Origin: an uncultured Deferribacteres bacterium
GTDB taxonomy: Bacteria > Zhuqueibacterota > Zhuqueibacteria > Zhuqueibacterales > Geothermadaptataceae
DNA length: 25,750 nt
Direction of reading: 5' to 3'
Assembly: GCA_964014485.1 (NCBI GenBank)
Contig: CAXHAT010000114.1
Coordinates: 1 to 25,750 of the forward strand
Shown here: piece by piece, positions 24,901 through 25,750 of the stretch
Position numbering within the stretch: position 1 is the first letter of the stretch
Layout: each line of letters begins with the position of its first letter
The notes under the pieces: generated by a model
What the model was told of the DNA's origin: nothing
What the model saw: the letters and a program-made list of their open reading frames with translations, nothing else
Database searches by the model: none
Program-made: the position numbers and the translations under genes

Positions 24901-25750
24901 AAGACGCGCGTTTTTCACTGCTTGGCAAACGGCTCAACTTGCCGATCACGACCTTTCAAACCGAATTGAGCAGGGCAAAACTGGCGCTGATGGACGAGCA
25001 TCGAACTCACGACGTTTCGGTTGTTCCCGGCGCGGTTTTTCTGGAATTGGCGTTGTCGGCGGCGATGGAGTCGCAAAGCTCCCCCCTTCGAAGGGGGGCT
25101 GGGGGGGATGTAAAAGAACGCTCTCACTTGGCGACAACATCCGGAAACATCCCCCTAACCCCCTTCAAAGGGGGAACAATCTGGTCGCTTCGCGATATGA
25201 TGATCGATCAGGCCATCGTGCTGCCGGACGAGGGCCTGAAGACGATTCAAGTCATCGTCGATGAAGACCGCTTCAAAGTTTTTGGTCTGGAAGAATCTGA
25301 ATCAGAGAAGCCGGTTTGGCGCAAGCACGCTTCAGGACAATTTTTGTTTGAGCAAATTGATGTTTCTTCCGAGTTTTCCATCCAGGAAACGAAAAAACGC
25401 TGCGAAATCACGGATGTCGCCACAATCCAAAATCGCGTCAGAGCACGCGGCATTCGCGTTTCTGAAGATTCATTGAAGCCGGAAACGATTTGGAGGCGTG
25501 ACGGGGAAGCGTTGTGCCTTTTGAATTTGCCGAAGCATTTTTCAGAAAAATCAGACGATTTTGCGATGCACCCCGCCGTTATTGACGCGGGTTTGCAATT
25601 GCTCGAAGCGGCGCTGCCGGAGGACGGTTCCGTGCTCGCGGCTGACGAAGCTTACATGATGATCGGTTTGGAAAAAGCCGCACTTTTCGCGCAGCCCGCG
25701 GGACAAATTTTCATTCACGGCGAACTCTATTTGCCGGAGAAATGCAACGC
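21915..25750 (+). CDS. Type I modular PKS (PKS-4), 3'-partial: docking-KS-AT-DH...
   Basis: Absent from the ORF track because it runs off the window. AAAGGA RBS at 21902; MSQLLERLQNLSPKRLALL...EPIAIIGLGCRFPG; DTACSSS, EAHGTGT, NFGH; GQGAQ, GHSVG, VSHAFHS; DH EHRTHDVSVVPG and HPAVIDAGLQ. Segments translated by hand all fall in one frame. Confidence 0.95.
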   Translation, partial: MSQLLERLQNLSPKRLALLVMELQKRLDTQEETRREPIAIIGLGCRFPGEADSPEAYWSLLKNGVDAISEVPADRWDAEALYDPDPQAPGKMYTKWGGFIKNVDQFDPYFFGVSPREAVTMDPQQRLLLEVTWETLEHAGHAPSSLEGSKTGVFVGIASGDYRNWVAKMGVENYDTYVSTGGSHAIASGRLSYVLGLQGPSVSLDTACSSSLTAIHLACLSLRAGDCNMALAGGVNLMLSPEISIMLSRATMLSPDGRCKTFDASADGFTRAEGCGMIALKRLSDAQRDGDNILACILGSAVNQDGRSSGITAPNGPSQENVIRQALKDADISPEMVSYIEAHGTGTSLGDPIEVQALGSVFGKSHSQDDPLLIGSVKTNFGHLEAAAGVAGLAKVILALQNREIPKHLHFNEASPYIPWAEVPAKVAAEHQDWVERNGRRIAGLSSFGFSGTNGHILLEAAPRGERKTETEGRRILHLLCLSAQSEGALDARSGQMAEFFDENDAGGNTLKRELRTFADICFTANAGRSHFNQRFAVIAENTDSAREKLAAWRQGGEDVAVFSGKATGAKSKDVAFLFTGQGAQYVGMAKELYETQPVFRDALDRCAEILKAHLDKPLIEIIFDEQALETVIPVPNKSGGIQNEHRPIDSRLRGNDRVGDGGNVARSRDDGLRRHAHKDAPRPVTSLINQTVYTQPALFAVEYALAQLWTSWGVRPTVVMGHSVGEYVAACVAGAFSLEDGLKLIAKRGRLMQSLPENAGGMVAVFAEEKTVCEFLNGFEKSVDIAALNGPENTVISGENGALDEILQKLDAAGLKYKALTVSHAFHSPQMEPVLEEFGKAAASVEFHEPEIDLISNVTGQPATFEEISDPKYWQKHIRQPVRFADSIRTIQKQKVNIFLEIGPHPTLLGMAQRCIEEEKMVWLPSLRKGRDDWRQLLESAAKLYIAGLDLDWASFEKPHNRRRVPLPTYPFERQRYWIDPPKASAVSFAAEDAEDARFSLLGKRLNLPITTFQTELSRAKLALMDEHRTHDVSVVPGAVFLELALSAAMESQSSPLRRGAGGDVKERSHLATTSGNIPLTPFKGGTIWSLRDMMIDQAIVLPDEGLKTIQVIVDEDRFKVFGLEESESEKPVWRKHASGQFLFEQIDVSSEFSIQETKKRCEITDVATIQNRVRARGIRVSEDSLKPETIWRRDGEALCLLNLPKHFSEKSDDFAMHPAVIDAGLQLLEAALPEDGSVLAADEAYMMIGLEKAALFAQPAGQIFIHGELYLPEKCN
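23440..23464. repeat. Single family E arm, in-frame in the PKS-4 KS-AT linker
   Basis: ACACGCTAAAGCGTGAACTCCGTAC, 24/25 identical to 14489-14513; translated TLKRELRT. Confidence 0.85.
23808..23965. repeat. Composite in-frame cluster in the PKS-4 AT loop: nested family A doublet (23808-23885) plus family D (23917-23965)
   Basis: GTCATTCCCGTCCCGAATAAGTCGGGAGGAATC...GATTCCCGCCTGCGCGGGAATGAC; then CTCGTGACGACGGTCTCCGTCGTCACGCA-CACAA-GGACGCTCCGCGTCC. Confidence 0.93.
25079..25176. repeat. Family B doublet, in-frame in the PKS-4 DH
   Basis: CTCCCCCCTTCGAAGGGGGGCTGGGGGGGATGTAAA ... ACATCCCCCTAACCCCCTTCAAAGGGGGAA; same layout and spacer length as 16470-16567. Confidence 0.93.

Noticed and set aside
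450..25476. Numerous 60-310 aa ORFs on the opposite strand or in alternative frames within the PKS genes
   Set aside because: They are shadow ORFs fully overlapping well-supported PKS frames and have no recognisable motifs.
3..25750. Assignment to a named cluster (curacin, epothilone, sponge sup-type PKS) or to a host taxon
   Set aside because: Only domain-level resemblance is visible; no gene symbol or taxon can be supported without a database search.

Overview
The window is the interior of a large cis-AT type I modular polyketide synthase (PKS) cluster, all on the + strand. It holds four one-module genes: PKS-1 (5'-truncated; AT-DH-cMT-ER-KR-ACP), PKS-2 (KS-AT-cMT-ACP), PKS-3 (KS-AT-DH-cMT-ER-KR, with its ACP cut off by one in-frame TAA) and PKS-4 (3'-truncated, missing from the ORF track; KS-AT-DH...). 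Between PKS-2 and PKS-3 lies a ~1.7 kb insert with an AT-rich orphan membrane-protein gene and a small-protein/HNH-nuclease pair. The most striking feature is that at least six families of short palindromic REP/MITE-like elements have invaded the PKS coding sequences at about 12 sites. Every insertion keeps the reading frame and falls in a linker or presumed loop; several are nested or mosaic (up to 336 bp) and recur at the same positions in different modules. One of these families also occurs between genes, alongside other palindromic repeats. No transposase, thioesterase, RNA gene or CRISPR array is visible. The host taxon cannot be determined from this window.
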